Shown: piece after piece, positions 44,589-58,834 of the stretch
Position numbering within the stretch: position 1 is the first letter of the stretch
Layout: every line of letters begins with the position of its first letter
DNA from: Vicugna vicugna
Taxonomy: Eukaryota
Assembly: GCA_013265495.1 (NCBI GenBank)
Contig: MU058557.1
Span: 124,001 to 188,000, forward strand
DNA: 64,000 bases
Direction of reading: 5' to 3'
Made by a program: the position numbers and the translations under genes
Notes under the pieces: generated by a model
The model's database searches: none
Told to the model about the DNA's origin: nothing
What the model saw: the letters and a program-made list of their open reading frames with translations, nothing else

Positions 44589-47500
44589 GTTTCAGTCACA
44601 TTTTATAATGTTCTTTATGTAGGTCTTGAACATGAACAGATTTATTTCTAGGACATCGTAGTTTCTGTTGCTGAAGTGAATAGATCCTTTTTTTCTATTA
44701 CATTTCTGTTTATTTTTAGTGTATTGAGAACTATTAAGTTTCGAATGGTGATCATATATCCAATCTTCCTCTTTTGTTAGTGGCCTTTTAACTGGCCTAC
44801 ATGGATTTTTTTGGTAAACAGTGTGTCAGCTACGAACGATGACCATTTCACCCTTTCTTTTTGGGTACTTGTAGCGCATCCCAGCCCCTGCCTTCTGCAC
44901 AGGCTCTGACGTCCAGCTTGCTGTCTTGTCGTCATGGAGATGCCCTGCCTCCCTGCCTGCTGCTGGAACCTTCAGAAACACTTCTGGTGGCGTCCTCTGG
45001 GGGCTCCCGGGCGCCCCCCCGTAGCAGGTTCCTGAAAGGTACACCAATTCCTACCTTACGAAGAGTCAACAGGTTTTTGTGTTTGATTTTCTAGGAGTGA
45101 GGCTGGAGTTTGTTAACGTTACTTTTGCCAACATCCACTGAGGCAGTCGCGGGGTCTTCCTCCTCCTGGTAACGCGCAGAATTTATTAGCAGATTTCCAA
45201 GTGCCTTCACTCCGAGGATACAACTTTCTCGTATTTACGTGCAACTTCATTTATTTGGTATACACGTATCGAGCACCTCCTGCGTGCCGTGCGCCATCCT
45301 GGGCACCGGGACAGCTGTGGAAGACAGAGCTCCTGCTCCCCCGGAGGGCGGAGGTGTGGGGCTGCACCATCATGGTGGTGAAGTCTGTTCCCTCGGATGC
45401 TGCTTGGCTTCATCTACTTGCCGTGTGTTCAGGGTTTTCAATCTGTGCTTCATAAGTCTGTGCACCCGCTTCTTCCCTTTCCTATTTTCCCCGTCCCCCT
45501 CTTCCCCGGCACTGGTGTCAGGGTGATGCTGGCTCCGGACGCACACGAAGTGGATCTGGCCAGCGTGAAGCTCACTGACCGGGACGGCGCTGACCTTAAT
45601 CGCGTGAGAATGCCGACCTGTAAACTCTTCATTAGGGAGGATGGCTTTCTGCTCCCTGAGCTGTGTCCTCTGTCTTGGGGTCCTCATTCTATGTTCACGT
45701 TAAACGGGGACACGCAGCACTGCAGCTCATGGACCAGGCAGGTGCATGGAGCGTGGTCTCACCAGAGGGGCAGCTGTCATGTCGGCCACCACTTGGCCAC
45801 CTGCTTCCCGCCTCCACCCAGCGTTGCCCCTGCCTCTCAGGGTCTCTGTCTCAGTTGCTCAAACACCTTTTCTGTCCTATTTCGGGTTTAGGAGGGACCA
45901 GGGGTGCTACTCACTGACTCCTGAAGATCCAACAGAAAGAAAAGGCGAGTCTCTGCTGGCTGTGTTAAACATCTAAGTGTCCAGTAAGGCACACCTGGGG
46001 GCAGTCATGCTCCTCATATCTACTGCGTCTTTTCTCTTTCCTTGTTTTATCAGTTGATCATTTTCTTCTGAGCATGGAACATTAAATCCACTGGGGTGGT
46101 GAGTTTGGGATTCCTCATGGGAATGCTATAAATCTATGCCTTAGGTACTTCCAAGCCCGATTGGTGGCCACCCCCATGCCTGCAGGCGCTGCACCCAGCC
46201 TGGGGGCCAGGGCTGCAAGAGGCCCCTGCAGCCAGCTCCGGACCCTTAGGGCCCCCAGCCTGCACCCCAGGACCAGCCAGTGGAAGGGCAGCCCTACCCT
46301 AGCATGGCCTTGGGTGTGCATTTAGTTTAAAATGGAATGGTAACCATGTGAGAAAAATGCAAAGGAAAATATATTTTAAAACCTAGGAATCCACTATCCA
46401 AAATGAACAATGCCATCCTTGCTTCCAACCTTTTCCCTCAAGAAATAAAACTTACTGATGAGACCTCATCAGAGACTCCTTCCTCCATCCTGTGAGCTGG
46501 CCGCACGGGTCCAGGTCCACGGTTTCCAGCCCCTGCCACCAACAGAGGGGGTCACGAGACCACCGCGCTGGTCTTAACATGTAGGTCAGCAGAACCATGG
46601 GGTATGGAAGGGTCTTCCACCTAACATGCTTTTGAGACGTTTCCACCAGGATTATTCTGCGGGTCTAATTCGTGTATCGTCACTGCTGTCCGCTCTCACC
46701 TGCACGAACATCCCGACTGTTTAACCACCCACCGCGGCGGGACAGCCTTTTTGCCCCTGCCGACCGACTCGCCCCACTCCCCCCAGCAGGGGGCGCCAGC
46801 TCTGCTCCCCACACCTCAGCCAATGCTCCTTATGCCCTGGCCTTTCACCCTTTTGTCAAACGATTTAATTTCGTTTGTGTCCCTGACACCAAGTACCTTT
46901 AGTTTTCTTTCCAGCCAGCTGGGGCTCCCTGTCTGTGAAAGGTCTGCAAGCTCTGGGGACAGTCGGCCTCTTTCCTGCAGGCTTGTGTGTGCGCCATCGC
47001 CCCCTGTGCCCGGGCCCCCCGGGGCCTCATCGCGGTGCTTCGTCTGGTGGGGTGCGGGGACGGGAGGGGCTGGGGCTCCCTCAGGAGGGTGACTCATGCT
47101 CCGTTTCCAGCACACACTGCGGGCCCTGCTGCCCAGGGCTTCCCTGCAGGGCCAGCGGACGGGGCGCCAGGGCCGGGGCGCTGGCTCGGGTCCTCCGGTC
47201 CCTCAGGGCCTCCGGGTCGCTTTCACGCTCAGTCGCTGTTTATTTAGGCCCCTCAGAGCTGTGTGCCGGGTTAACTCTTCGGGACAGCCCGTCCTGGCCC
47301 GATGCTCCGTTTCCAGACTAGCCCCACTCGCCCCCATAGGGCGTTGCCCGCCATCAAGTGGCTTCTGGGTCCCTCTTCATGTAGTTTTTACTGTGGTAAC
47401 ATATGTGTAACGGGAGAGTTACCGTTTCAGTTACTCCTTGGCATCAGTACAGTCACATGTGGAGGGACCGTCACCGCCATCCACCTGCAGAGCGTGCATC

Positions 47501-48059
47501 CCCCCAAGCTGACACTCAGTCCCCGCAGAACGCTGACTCCCCTCCCCCACCTGAGCCTCCTGTATCTGAGTCGGCCCCATCTGGGACCTCACAGGAGTCT
47601 GTCTGTCCTTCCGCGTCTGTCTTATTTCACTCAGTCCAGTGTCCTCCAGGTCCAGCCACGCTGTGTCCTGTGTCAGAACATCCTTCCATTTCAAGGCTGA
47701 GTAACACACCGCTGTAGACTTTTACCACATTCACCTGTCGATGGACAGCAGCTGCTTCCACCCTTCAGCGACTGTGAGTCACACTGTTGTGAACGTGGAT
47801 GTGCAAGCATCTGTCTGTGGCCCTGCTTTCTGTTCCTTCAGACATACACCCAGAACTTGCGGGATCCTACGGTAACCCTATGCTTAATTTTCGGAGGAGC
47901 CGCCACACCGTTTCCATGGCGAATGCAGCACCTTGCGTCGCCCCAGCAGCGCACGAGAGCTCTGATTTCTCCACATCCTCCCAGCATTTGCTCTTTTTAC
48001 TCTAACCACCCTAACAGGTGCAAGGTGGCATCTCATTGCGTATGTGTTTTTTAATGTAC

Positions 48060-48195
48060 TTATTTTATTTTTGGGGGGGTGGGAGGGTCGTAATTAGGTT
48101 TTTGTTTATGTGTTTATTTAATGGAGTTACTGGGGATTGAACCCAGGACCTCGTGCAGCTAAGCACGCGCTCTGCCCCTGAGCTGTGCCGCCCCC
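48060..48195 (-). mobile_element. tRNA-derived SINE (Vic-1-like) inside L1
   Basis: taattaggtt..tactggggattgaacccaggacctcgtgcagctaagcacgcgctct. Confidence 0.9.
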
Positions 48196-48632
48196 AACAC
48201 TCTGGTTTTGATTTGCATTGCCCCGTGACTAATGATGTTGAGCGTCTTTTCACGTCCTTGTTAACTACTTGTGTGTTAACTAGAAGTGTCTATTAAGTCC
48301 TTTGCCTGTTTTTCTAAATTGAAGTATAATCAACTCACAATGTGTTAATTCTAGGTGTACAGCACAACGATTCAATTATACATATGTACATACATTCCTT
48401 TTCACATTCTTTTTCATTATACGCTATTACAAGATGTTGACTATAGTTCACCATGCTACACAGTGGGACCTTGTTTATCTCTTGGCCCATCTTTGTTCAT
48501 TTTCTTTTTTTTAAGTTTTTGGCCATTTTTGAATTGAGTTATTGGGGTTTTTTGTTGTAGTTGCTGTCAAGTTTTAGGAGTTTCTATATATTCAGGACAT
48601 TAACCCTTTAGCAGATATGGGATCTGCCAGTA

Positions 48633-48842
48633 CAGCTGACACCTGAATATCGGTGTGAACTTCGTGGGCCGCTTACAGACGGGCTTTTTCAGCAGGTACG
48701 TACTGCCGGACCGCCCAGTCCGCAGGTGACTCTGCAGGTGTGGAACCCCGGGTATGGCCAGTTGATTGTAAAGCTCCTCTCAGACTCCTGAACGCTGGGA
48801 GGGGGGTGCACCCCCAACCCTCGCATGTTCAGGAGTCAGTTA
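48633..48842. mobile_element. TcMar-Tigger MITE (MER8/Tigger2-like)
   Basis: TA-flanked imperfect TIRs cagctgacacctgaa ... ttcaggagtcagtt. Confidence 0.65.
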
Positions 48843-51800
48843 TGTCTTCTCTCATTCCACCAGTTGACTTTTCACTCTTTTGATAGTGTCCTTGGGTGAT
48901 CAAAAGTTTTTAATTTTGATCAAGTCCAATTTACTTTCACCTTTGCTGACTGCACTGTTGGTGTTGCGTCCAAGAAATTGTTGCCAGATCACAATGTCAT
49001 GAAGTTGTCCCTTTTTTTTCCCAGGAGTTTTATCGTTCTAGCTCTTATGTGTATGTCTTTGATCCATTTTGACTAATTTTTGTATGTGGCATTAGGTAAG
49101 AGTCTAATTTCATTCTTTCGCTTGCAGAGGTCCAGAATTCCCAGCAACGTCTGTTGAAAACACCGCCCTTCCGCCACTGAAGAGTCTTGGCTACCTTGTC
49201 AGTTATTCTGACTTTGCTCCTGTATTTTACCTTAATAGAGGTTTTCTTGTTTGTTTTTCACATCTGGTTAAACGCATCCTTTGCTTTTATGGCTTCTGGA
49301 CTTCAGGCTTGGTTAGAAAGGTCACCCCTACTCCACAGTTACAAAGCGATCTGTCCAGAATTTCTAGCACTTTTATGATTTTGTTCTTCTACATTAAAAC
49401 CTTTTACACATTTGGAGTTTATCCTGGTGCTGAGAGGTATGGCTACAACTTTCTTTCTTCTAGACAGACACAGTGTCCCAGCATAATTTATCAGCAGCCC
49501 CCGCCCCCCGGTCTGAGATGCCGTCTTCAGCCTGCACTAGGTGTCTGCCGGCATTCAGTTCTGCTGTCCGTGCGTCAAGACAGGGTCCGACTGCGCTGAC
49601 AGTTTGCGATATGAATTCACACCTGCTACAGCTGAACCTGTTCTTATTTTTCCATTTCACCAGTTTGCTGACACGAAAAAGGGAAGACAAGCTTTCAGGG
49701 TTTTGTGTCGCCAATGACACGGGGCGGTGAAACGCCTGGGGAGGCCCCTCTGTGCTGGTGAGCCTTCCTGCCTAGGAACACAGTGTCTTCCCCAATCGCC
49801 AACACCTCTTCGGGGTGTTTTAAAGCTTCTCTCAAATGGGTTTGTGTTATTTCCTGTTAAGTTTATTTCTGTCGTCAGATGTGCCATTTTCATTTGTTTG
49901 TTTTCTGGAATCTGTTGTTTGTATTTATAAAGGCCACTAATTTCCAAACAGTTGTCTGTACCCTCTTCCCAAACCCTCTGCTGTGGGTGGATTCCAGTCC
50001 ACTCTCCTGCGCTGACCGGGCACGTGACATGGTGCCCGCGCCGCCCCCTCCCCAGTGTCCACACGCCGCGCCCCTCTGGTTCTGCTGCGTGGGCTGACTC
50101 TTCCCAGGTGGTGCCGGTCACCTCCCGTTCTGCTCCACTCTGCCTGGTACCCGGTTCTTCTGGTTCCTTTTTCCGAGGTGCTTTGCTCTTCTTCACGACA
50201 GAGGTTTTCCTCAGACGTCTGGTGTCCCTGGCTGGTATTTAAAGTGGGGGCTAAGTGTTGATTAGCAATGCGGGTGGACTGGGGCTTGGGAGCCTGGGCA
50301 GCTTCCTGTTTCTACCGCCTCCAACCACGCAGCTGAAAGCCGACCCTCCCACTCGGCCCAACCCGGGGCCACACGCCAGAATGTGGCTGGCCCTCCTGCC
50401 CAATTCTGTCTTGTGGGTTCTCGCCCCACTCAGAGCCCCCTGTGGTCATTTCAGCAGGACTGTTAGGACACAGAAGTGGACAAGCTGGCCCAACCCCCCG
50501 TGTGAGGCTGGATGTCTGCAGACCCAGGACTTGGCCTACAGTAACCGCCCCTCGGTGAGCACGTGTTCCCACCATAAACACTGCACAAGGGGGCGGCTCT
50601 TGTGGGGCTCCGACTGGGAAAGGCCAGGGACAAAGGGAATAGTGGTGCTGACTTGTGTCCCTGGAAGATGACACCTGACAGGAGCAGATTGGGACAAGCT
50701 GGAAGAAGGTTCCATGCTGAGCGCACACGGAGGGGGACAAAGAGGAAGGACATCTTGCAGGACAGTCCGAGGCAGGGAAGCCTGGTGCACCCCTTAAGGC
50801 CACAGCCAGCAGCTGATGTTCCCCAAGAGTGGGGAGCAGTGGAGGAAAGAGGTAGGGTGACACCAAGGGAGTGGCCAGGGTGTGCGGAACACTGCAGCAA
50901 ATTTCTGCCCCCAAATCAGAAACCTGGGAGTCTGTGCCCCTCCCCCCTCCTCCAAAGCCCCTCTCCTCTGTGCTGACCCTGCAGGTCCCCTGTCCAGAAT
51001 GGAAGCCTCCATGAGGAGCCTCACCCTCAAGAGGTGACACACTTGTGTGCTCATGCCCCAGATCACCTGCCCCGGGATATCGGCCTAGTGGAAGCCAAAA
51101 CACCGGAAGATGCCTCACCGGCATTCGGGCGGGGCACGCGGCTGGCGGGGCACACGGAGCCTGCTTGCTTTCTCCCACCACCTGTTACGTACACCTCTGA
51201 CCCCGAGAACACACGCACCAACAGGTCCAAGGGCACAGCTCCATGGGCCCCCGCCGAGCACTGGCCTGGTTCCGACCTGGATGCACAGGGAACCATACAC
51301 AACTCCTGGGGGCCTGGCTTCCTCTGCTCATCAAGTGTCCCCCGGGCTTGAGCAGCTGTGTCCTGTCCACTCATGGCTGCACAGGAACCGAGCAGCTGCC
51401 CACCCACCCGGTTGGGGGTAGACAGAGGTGCCTCCAGACTGAGGCTGGCACAAAGCAGAGGCTCTGAGAACATTCTGGTCACGACTTTTGTTGACAAGTC
51501 CTGCTGATGCCTGCCCACCTGGTCAGTGGGATACTATCTAGGCTGTGTGTGGGGCTCCCTCCACTTGGTGCCACCCTCCTGCCCGGGTTCGGGGTGGCCA
51601 GCAGAAGCCGACTGCCCACAGTTGTGGGAGGGGTGCAGGTCCACCTAGCTGCCCATCTAGGGCTCTGGGGAAGAGAATACTGACATTCTGTACGGCCCCC
51701 AACTCAGCACCTGCTTCCCGGCAGGGGCCATTGGGCCCTCCCCAAGCTTATAAAGCTCCTGCTCCACCCACACCTCTAAAGCCAGTGCCCAGGGCTCCCA

Positions 51801-51845
51801 GAGAGGAGCCCAGGGGCACGGAGGCCACAGCTTCCTCCAGCTTAC

Positions 51846-52010
51846 CCAGTCCTGAGACTGCAGCACCTGCTGACTGCTGCTCTGAGCACTGGGCTGGCCC
51901 CAGGCCACGGCTCGGCTCGGCGTGGCAGAGGGCTGCCCATCCTCTTGGGACAGCTGCGATTCTGGCTTCTTCCCCAGGAGGGCCTTAAATAAGTGCTTTC
52001 CGCTGTCCAT
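51846..52010 (-). CDS. TEX22: TEX22 first coding exon (MDSGKHLFKALLGKKPESQLSQE...AWGQPSAQSSSQQVLQSQDW), 55 aa
   Basis: ATG in good context (GAGATGG); TGG|gtaag donor; similar to recalled TEX22 N-terminus; total CDS 159 aa. Confidence 0.88.
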
Positions 52011-52439
52011 CTCCGGCCGTTTGGGCTGCTGTCTGCACTGCAGGGGCTCCCAAGAAAGGTCCCACGGCTACCTGAGCCCCTCAGGCAGAGGGAGGCCATA
52101 TCAGGGTCTGCTAGGCCCATCTGTCAGCCACTGGCCAGACAGGGGTGTGTGGGCCTCAGCCAGAGACACAGTGGGGTTGATCCCATTGGGTGTCCCGTGC
52201 CCCCTAGCTTCTGCTGCCATCTTTCGCATTACCGTCACCCCAGGCTGGAGCGGCTCCAGCACCCCCCTGCACTTGCCTCCCCCCAGGACACCCCTCCCGC
52301 GCCAGGGCCCCCACCGTGGCTCCAGCAACTCAAGCGGCCCTAAGTGCTCATTCTCAGGACCCTGCCGGCGGGCCCGCAGACGGCTTGTAATGACCGGGAG
52401 AGCAAAAAGGGCCCTCCAGCTCTCTCCTCGCGACCCCTG

Positions 52440-53050
52440 TGATCTCACCTCGACGCTGCCTGACCACACCCCAAAGCCCAGGCCGCGCGCGAGGAGGCCG
52501 CAGCAGACTGCAGCCCGTCCCTCTGCACGCCAGGGGGTCTGGGGACGAGGAGTCCGCTTGGGGGGTGGCAGGACAGGAGTTAGGAGGACGCCGGGAAGGG
52601 TCAAGAGGAGGGAACCACTAGGGTTGCGGCGGTCAGCTGAGGAGGTCACAGGACAGGGGTGGGGCCCACTGCGATCCTGCAAGGCCCGAGGGGGCGGGGC
52701 CGAGGCCCACGGAAGTTCCGCTCCCGCAGGCCCTGCCCCGCCGCTTCCGCTTCCGGCCCGCGTCGCGCCTGCGCGCTGGCTCCTGTGGTCAAGGCCGCCT
52801 GGGATTCCGCTCGCTACGCGGGTCTGGTCGTGCCTCCGGGGCTTCACCTCGGACCCTCCCGGCGTCCTGACCCGGCGCCGCGCAGAGGGGCCGGCCCGGT
52901 AGGCGCCCCCACCCGCTCGGCCCCACGACCTCCTGGGTCCCCGCCCGCCGTGGGGACCTCGGAGCGCAGGCCCGCTGCGTGCAGACGCGAGGCGGAGCCC
53001 GGCTGCTCCGACGGAGGGTTAGGGCGGGGCCGGGGCTGCTGGAGAGGAAT
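52440..53050 (-). promoter_or_regulatory. TEX22: CpG island: TEX22 promoter and putative non-coding exon 1
   Basis: GC box 52691-52700, ETS cores 52710-52716 and 52743-52756, NRF1-like gcgcctgcgc 52765-52774, candidate donor GAG|gtgaga at 52449. Confidence 0.7.
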
Positions 53051-53069
53051 CACACAGCAGGCTAGGGAG

Positions 53070-55871
53070 GGCCTGGGGGAGCCCCCCCGGGTTTATTAGT
53101 GTCGCATCAGCACCTTAAAATAGTCCACGTGGTCACATATGTGACAGATTAGAATCTGTTTCCCAAAAAAGCTATTTACATTAATTGTTTTCCATTAAAA
53201 AAAAACCTAGCAACACATACATCCTAGAAACCAAACAATGCACAATGACCTGGATGGGGGTCAGAGCCCCACGGAAGGGGGCCCCCGAGCTCGGCCCTCA
53301 GGCCCCCGCCCGGGACTCTGCTTCCTCTCCACCTTACCAGAGGACAGCATAGGTCTGGGGAGGGGGTCGAGGAACAGGTGTAGGGATCAGGCAGCTGGCC
53401 TTCCTGTCTGGGAGTGAGGACAGTGCAGCAGTGCAGCAGTGCTGGCCCTGGCCACTCTGATCTGCCAGTCTTTGCACAGAGATCCTCGGCTCTGGGTCCA
53501 GAAGCCCTCTCCTCCCTGAGCTATGGCTGTGACACTGACTCAGGACACCAGCCTACATGCTCGGAGGAGATGGTGACCCATGGGACCAACATGAGGTGGG
53601 AGGAAGCAGTGGCCCAGATACAGCGTGGGAGCTGGCCTCCACCTGGCCTCAGTGAGGCTGGAACCTGCCCACACGACGCCACCAGGTCACTAGGAGCCTG
53701 GCCTTGCCCAAAGGTGACTTGGTGGCTTAATCTTTGGTCACCCAGTGGGCTGAGAAGCCCAGCTCTAAGGGGGCAGCTCCAGTCCTGTGGGCCCACAGTC
53801 TGGGGCCCTCGGCCCTCACACACCCCACAGGGCCCCCACGTGCTCACGGCTGCAGTGGCTCAGTCACAGACAGCTTTGGCTTCTGCGTCATCTTCCTCTG
53901 GGGGAAAAGTGCTCTTACACATCTCCTCAGAGCAGCTCCATGAGGTAGGCAGTAGAGAGGGACCCCTCGTGCAGCCGACATGGGCACTAGGACACTGGTG
54001 TGTGCAAGCCCAGGTCTGCAAGCGAGCTGATGGCTGGGCTGGCTGCGTAGCCTTCCTGGCCCAGGAACGGTGTGGCAGGCGGGCCCTGCGGCATGGGGTG
54101 GTGGTTCTGGGTGTCTTCTTGTGTGTCCAAGGAGACAGCCACGGGTGAGGCCAGGGAGGGCAGGAGGAGAGCGGGGGTGGGGGGTGGGAAGGGGACCACT
54201 CACAGCCAGGGTGGACGGGACCCACTCTGGCCCCGTCCTCTAAAACTAGGTCTGCAGCTGGAAAGCTAAGTCAAGGGCGTTTCCCTGGCACCTCCTTCCT
54301 GTTGAGTGTGACCTTTAGAAGGAAACTTGAGGACCAGTGACCTAGGCCCTGGATGAGGGCGGGGAGGCTTCCCGAGGGTCCATCAGCTCAATAGACTGCA
54401 CCTTCACCCAGGTCCTTACCAGGGAGGCGCAGGGCCCCTGGTCCAAGGTCCAAGGCCCAAGGCCTGACTGTCAGCTAGATGCAGGTCCCTCGGCCATGGA
54501 CACTCGGACCCTGTACAGCCGCCTGCGGGGAGGAGGTAAGCGGGAAGGGCACAGGTAAGGAAAACGGGCCATGTTTCACCACCCCAGAGCAGGGACCCTC
54601 TGTGCCGCGACCCTCCGCGCCGCGGGCTGTTGGAGAGGCCTGTCGTGCAGGGGAGTGAAGAAGGTGTGCAGCTTGTCCTGCGTTTGGCACTGTCTTTCTG
54701 AGCACGGCCTGTGTGACTCTCAGCCTCAGGAAACCGACCACCATGGTCCTACAGCCAAGCTGCCAAGGGGCAGGAGCTGGTGGGCTCTCCTGCAGATACC
54801 TGGGGTACAGGGTTGTGGGGGACTGGGGACACCTCCCCGCTTGCTGTAGGAAGGTGGAAGGTAGGGCTGCCATCCCCTATGGGACCCAAACCCCAAACCT
54901 GGCTCTGAGGAGCCTGGCCTAGAGAGATGGGTCCCCTGGCCCTGTGAGGTGCCCCAGCTGCACCCACGGCTTGAACGATGCTGGCCCCTATGGTTTGGCC
55001 ACCTTGCCTGAGCTTTCGTAGGCCACAGTTGTGTTGCAGGTGACATGCACCCGTTGCCTGGCCCAGACACCTCCCCCAAGGCAGGGCCACGGTTGGGAGG
55101 CAGGAGGCAGCTACCGTGCTTGCTAAATTCAGGGTGGAGACCACTAGCAGAAGCAGAGGGGAAGCGAGCCCTGTGGGTGAGGCGGGTGTTGGGGGCCGGG
55201 ACACAGCAGCCCTAAGGGGCTGCTGGGACTTCAGAAGAGCAACGTCTGTTTGGCAGCTACATTATAACATGTATTTAAAAGCATTAAAAATATCCGCTAC
55301 TGTAAAACCTCCACTGCCCCAGGCGGCTGGAGTTTACTGGGAACTCCAAGTGGACCCGGGGTGGGGCAGACTGGCCTGTGTTCTGCTCAGGAAGCCCCCA
55401 ATAGAAGGCTGGCCTTTGGGCACCCAGCTCGGTGCCTTGGGGGGGGGGTTCTGTGTGGCTGCCGACCTGACCCTGGCTCCCTGAGGAAGCACAGACCTGG
55501 CTTTCAGGGAGGACAGGACCCAAAGGCAGGAACCCTTCTTGCTGGGGGGCTGAGGGGCAGGGGAGTCCTGAGGCCCAAACACACACACCTCCCGCAATTC
55601 TCAAGTTCAACACTGTCCCCCTGACCCCCCGCCCCTGCCAGAACGTTCTGGTTAATAAGCAGAGCAGTTACGGGCTCCCCAGGGGGACCACCCCGTTAGT
55701 TTCCAGGTTGTGAGCACATCCATACTTAAGACTGTTTCTCTTTGTGTTTTTAAGGGTCTGTCTCTGTAGTAAACTGAAACGTTAACAGAAAAGCAGCTGG
55801 GCCCTCCTGACGCGCGGCTGGCTGTCGCAGGGCTGCAGGGTGGGGAGCCGGCGGCCCCTGGGTGGGCGGGG
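53070..55871 (-). other. PACS2: PACS2 3' UTR (~2.8 kb)
   Basis: Between the TAG stop and AATAAA. Confidence 0.75.
53092..53097 (-). terminator. PACS2: PACS2 poly(A) signal AATAAA
   Basis: Ends an AT-rich 3' UTR block; GT-rich element (tgctgtgtgattc) downstream. Confidence 0.8.
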
Positions 55872-56153
<282 letters not shown>

Positions 56154-56469
56154 CTAGGAACCAGGTTTAAAACACCCTCCACTTAAACTGGAAAATCAGC
56201 AGAGGACGGGCAGGGTGGTTCTTGACCGCTGCGGTCATCAGACTCGAGTTCATGACAAGAGAAGACTCTGGAGAGCCCCACGCTCTGAGTCAGCTAGTCT
56301 GAGATACGTCAGGCCATCTTTTAAAAGAGCAGAAAGGACTGGGAAATTAGTTCTCAGAATTTGAAAGCCGTTACAGGCACACAAGAGGCCTCCCCCAAAT
56401 GTGTTCAAAGTTTGAACTCTGCAACGTGCATCCCAGAGCAAACCAAAAGCGTTTCCTGAGGTGAATTTA

Positions 56470-57249
<780 letters not shown>

Positions 57250-57942
57250 TCACCCCTCCGTGCTGGGCTGACAGCAGCACCCCAGTGGCTGGCATGGGCG
57301 AGGAGGTGCCCGCTGGTCCCGTGCTGCCTACGCTCAGGGGACCGCCTGTGGTGGCTGACCAGCAGACGGGAGGCCGGGGCTGCTGTGGGGGTGGTCCTGG
57401 TCTCTGGGGACAGGCGGGTCTGAGCCAGTCTCCCTGGCAGAGTCACAGTGCTGGGGTCATCCAGGAGGGTCAGGGCCTGCCACCCTCCTGCCCCTCCGAA
57501 TCTGGAGGGCCAGAGCCAAACACCCCCTCAGCAGTGTGGCCCCAGGAGCGTCCCTGTCGCCCTGCAGCCATTCTGCCTGGGGAGTTCTGCTCCCAAGAGG
57601 CCCGAGGGTGGCTGAGGGCCGGCGGCCGTGACACACCGTTTCCTATGTCTCTACCACCCTGCTTACGGGCTCTGTAGTTTCTATCCCCGGGGTTGCCGGG
57701 GGTGAGGCCGGGGGCCACCAGGCCCGTCCATGGAGTGAGTCCAGTGCCCCCCCCAGACAGGGCACCTTGTCTGAGAGCCACCCCCATGCCCTCGCCCAGG
57801 CCGCTGAGCCCCTGCTTCCTGGCGCCCTGGGGTATGGTCAGGGACCACGGGTAGCTGCCAGTGACCTTCAGCACTGGGGGACGGACAGGAGCCGCTGGGC
57901 AGCATGTCCAGGGAGGGGAGCTGCCTGCATGGCTGTGTTTAC

Positions 57943-58078
57943 CTGGGGGAGGACAGGCCCCCGCTCACCGACGGGGAGGAGGGTGGCGTGGGCGAGGCTT
58001 CCTTGGCTGCAGGAGATGTGGACGGCGGGGTGGACGAGAGGGCGCTGGGGCCCGAGGGGGCTGCGTCATCCGAGTCGC
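57943..58078 (-). CDS. PACS2: PACS2 exon (GDSDDAAPS...SVSGGLSSP), 136 nt
   Basis: caaag|GC...AG|gtaaa. Confidence 0.95.
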
Positions 58079-58415
58079 CTTTGGGAAGGAGTCGGGGGCA
58101 GCGCTGAGCTCCCCCGAGATTCTGCCCTGAGTAGCCCAGGCCCTCTGGACCCCAGACCTGGACATGGCAGGGAGGCCAGGCAGCCCCGGGGTCTGGGGAG
58201 GGCATGTGTGGGGAACAGGAGACCGCCACCCCAATGGGGAGGGGCTGCAGGGCATCGGGCCGGGTGGCCACACGCACGGCGAGCAGCAGCACTGCAGTGA
58301 GCTGGCCCTCCCCGGCTGAGGCAGGACCCTGCTCACAGGCCGCACTGAGGCTAGCGGCTGGGGGCTGCCCCTGCCCTCCAGCATCCCGGCGCCTAGGGCA
58401 TGGAGGGTGGGTTAC

Positions 58416-58458
58416 CTGACGTGGCAGAAGACGGTTCCACTATCCCAACCTTCACCAC
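58416..58458 (-). CDS. PACS2: PACS2 exon ([14 protein letters not shown]), 43 nt
   Basis: ctag|GTG...TCAG|gtaac. Confidence 0.95.
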
Positions 58459-58791
58459 CTAGAAGGCAACAGGCCGCTGCTGCCGTGGCGGGTGGCGGTC
58501 CCAGCCCCTGGCCCATGTGCCGGGGCTCCAGCAGGCGGGACCTGCCCCCTGCTACTGCCCACCCACCACGGCCCCCACGCAACACAGGAAGAACAGCGAG
58601 TTCTAAGAGCACAGGGATTTAAAGGCAAGCCCTCGGCACAAACTGGGGAAAGAGGTTCTGGAATGTATCAAGTTAATGCAAAACCGGACTGCTTATAGTA
58701 TGTTCTGGCAGACCTGCGGTTTCCCAAGCGGGTGGGGTCGGCCAAACGGCAGACGCAGTGGACACGGCAGCTGCCCACCTGGGGTACTCAC

Positions 58792-58834
58792 CCCCACGAA
58801 GGGAATGAACTTCTGAGAGGACTCTTCGTCGGGG
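58792..58834 (-). CDS. PACS2: PACS2 exon (SPDEESSQKFIPFVG), 43 nt
   Basis: ttag|CCCC...GGG|gtgagt. Confidence 0.95.

Larger units (their letters stand above)
47380..49200 (-). mobile_element. LINE-1 fragments (antisense) with nested SINE, younger L1 tail and Tigger-type element
   Basis: ttttgatttgcattgccccgtgactaatgatgttgagcgtcttttcac; gtctttgatccattttgactaatttttgtatgtgg. Confidence 0.8.
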
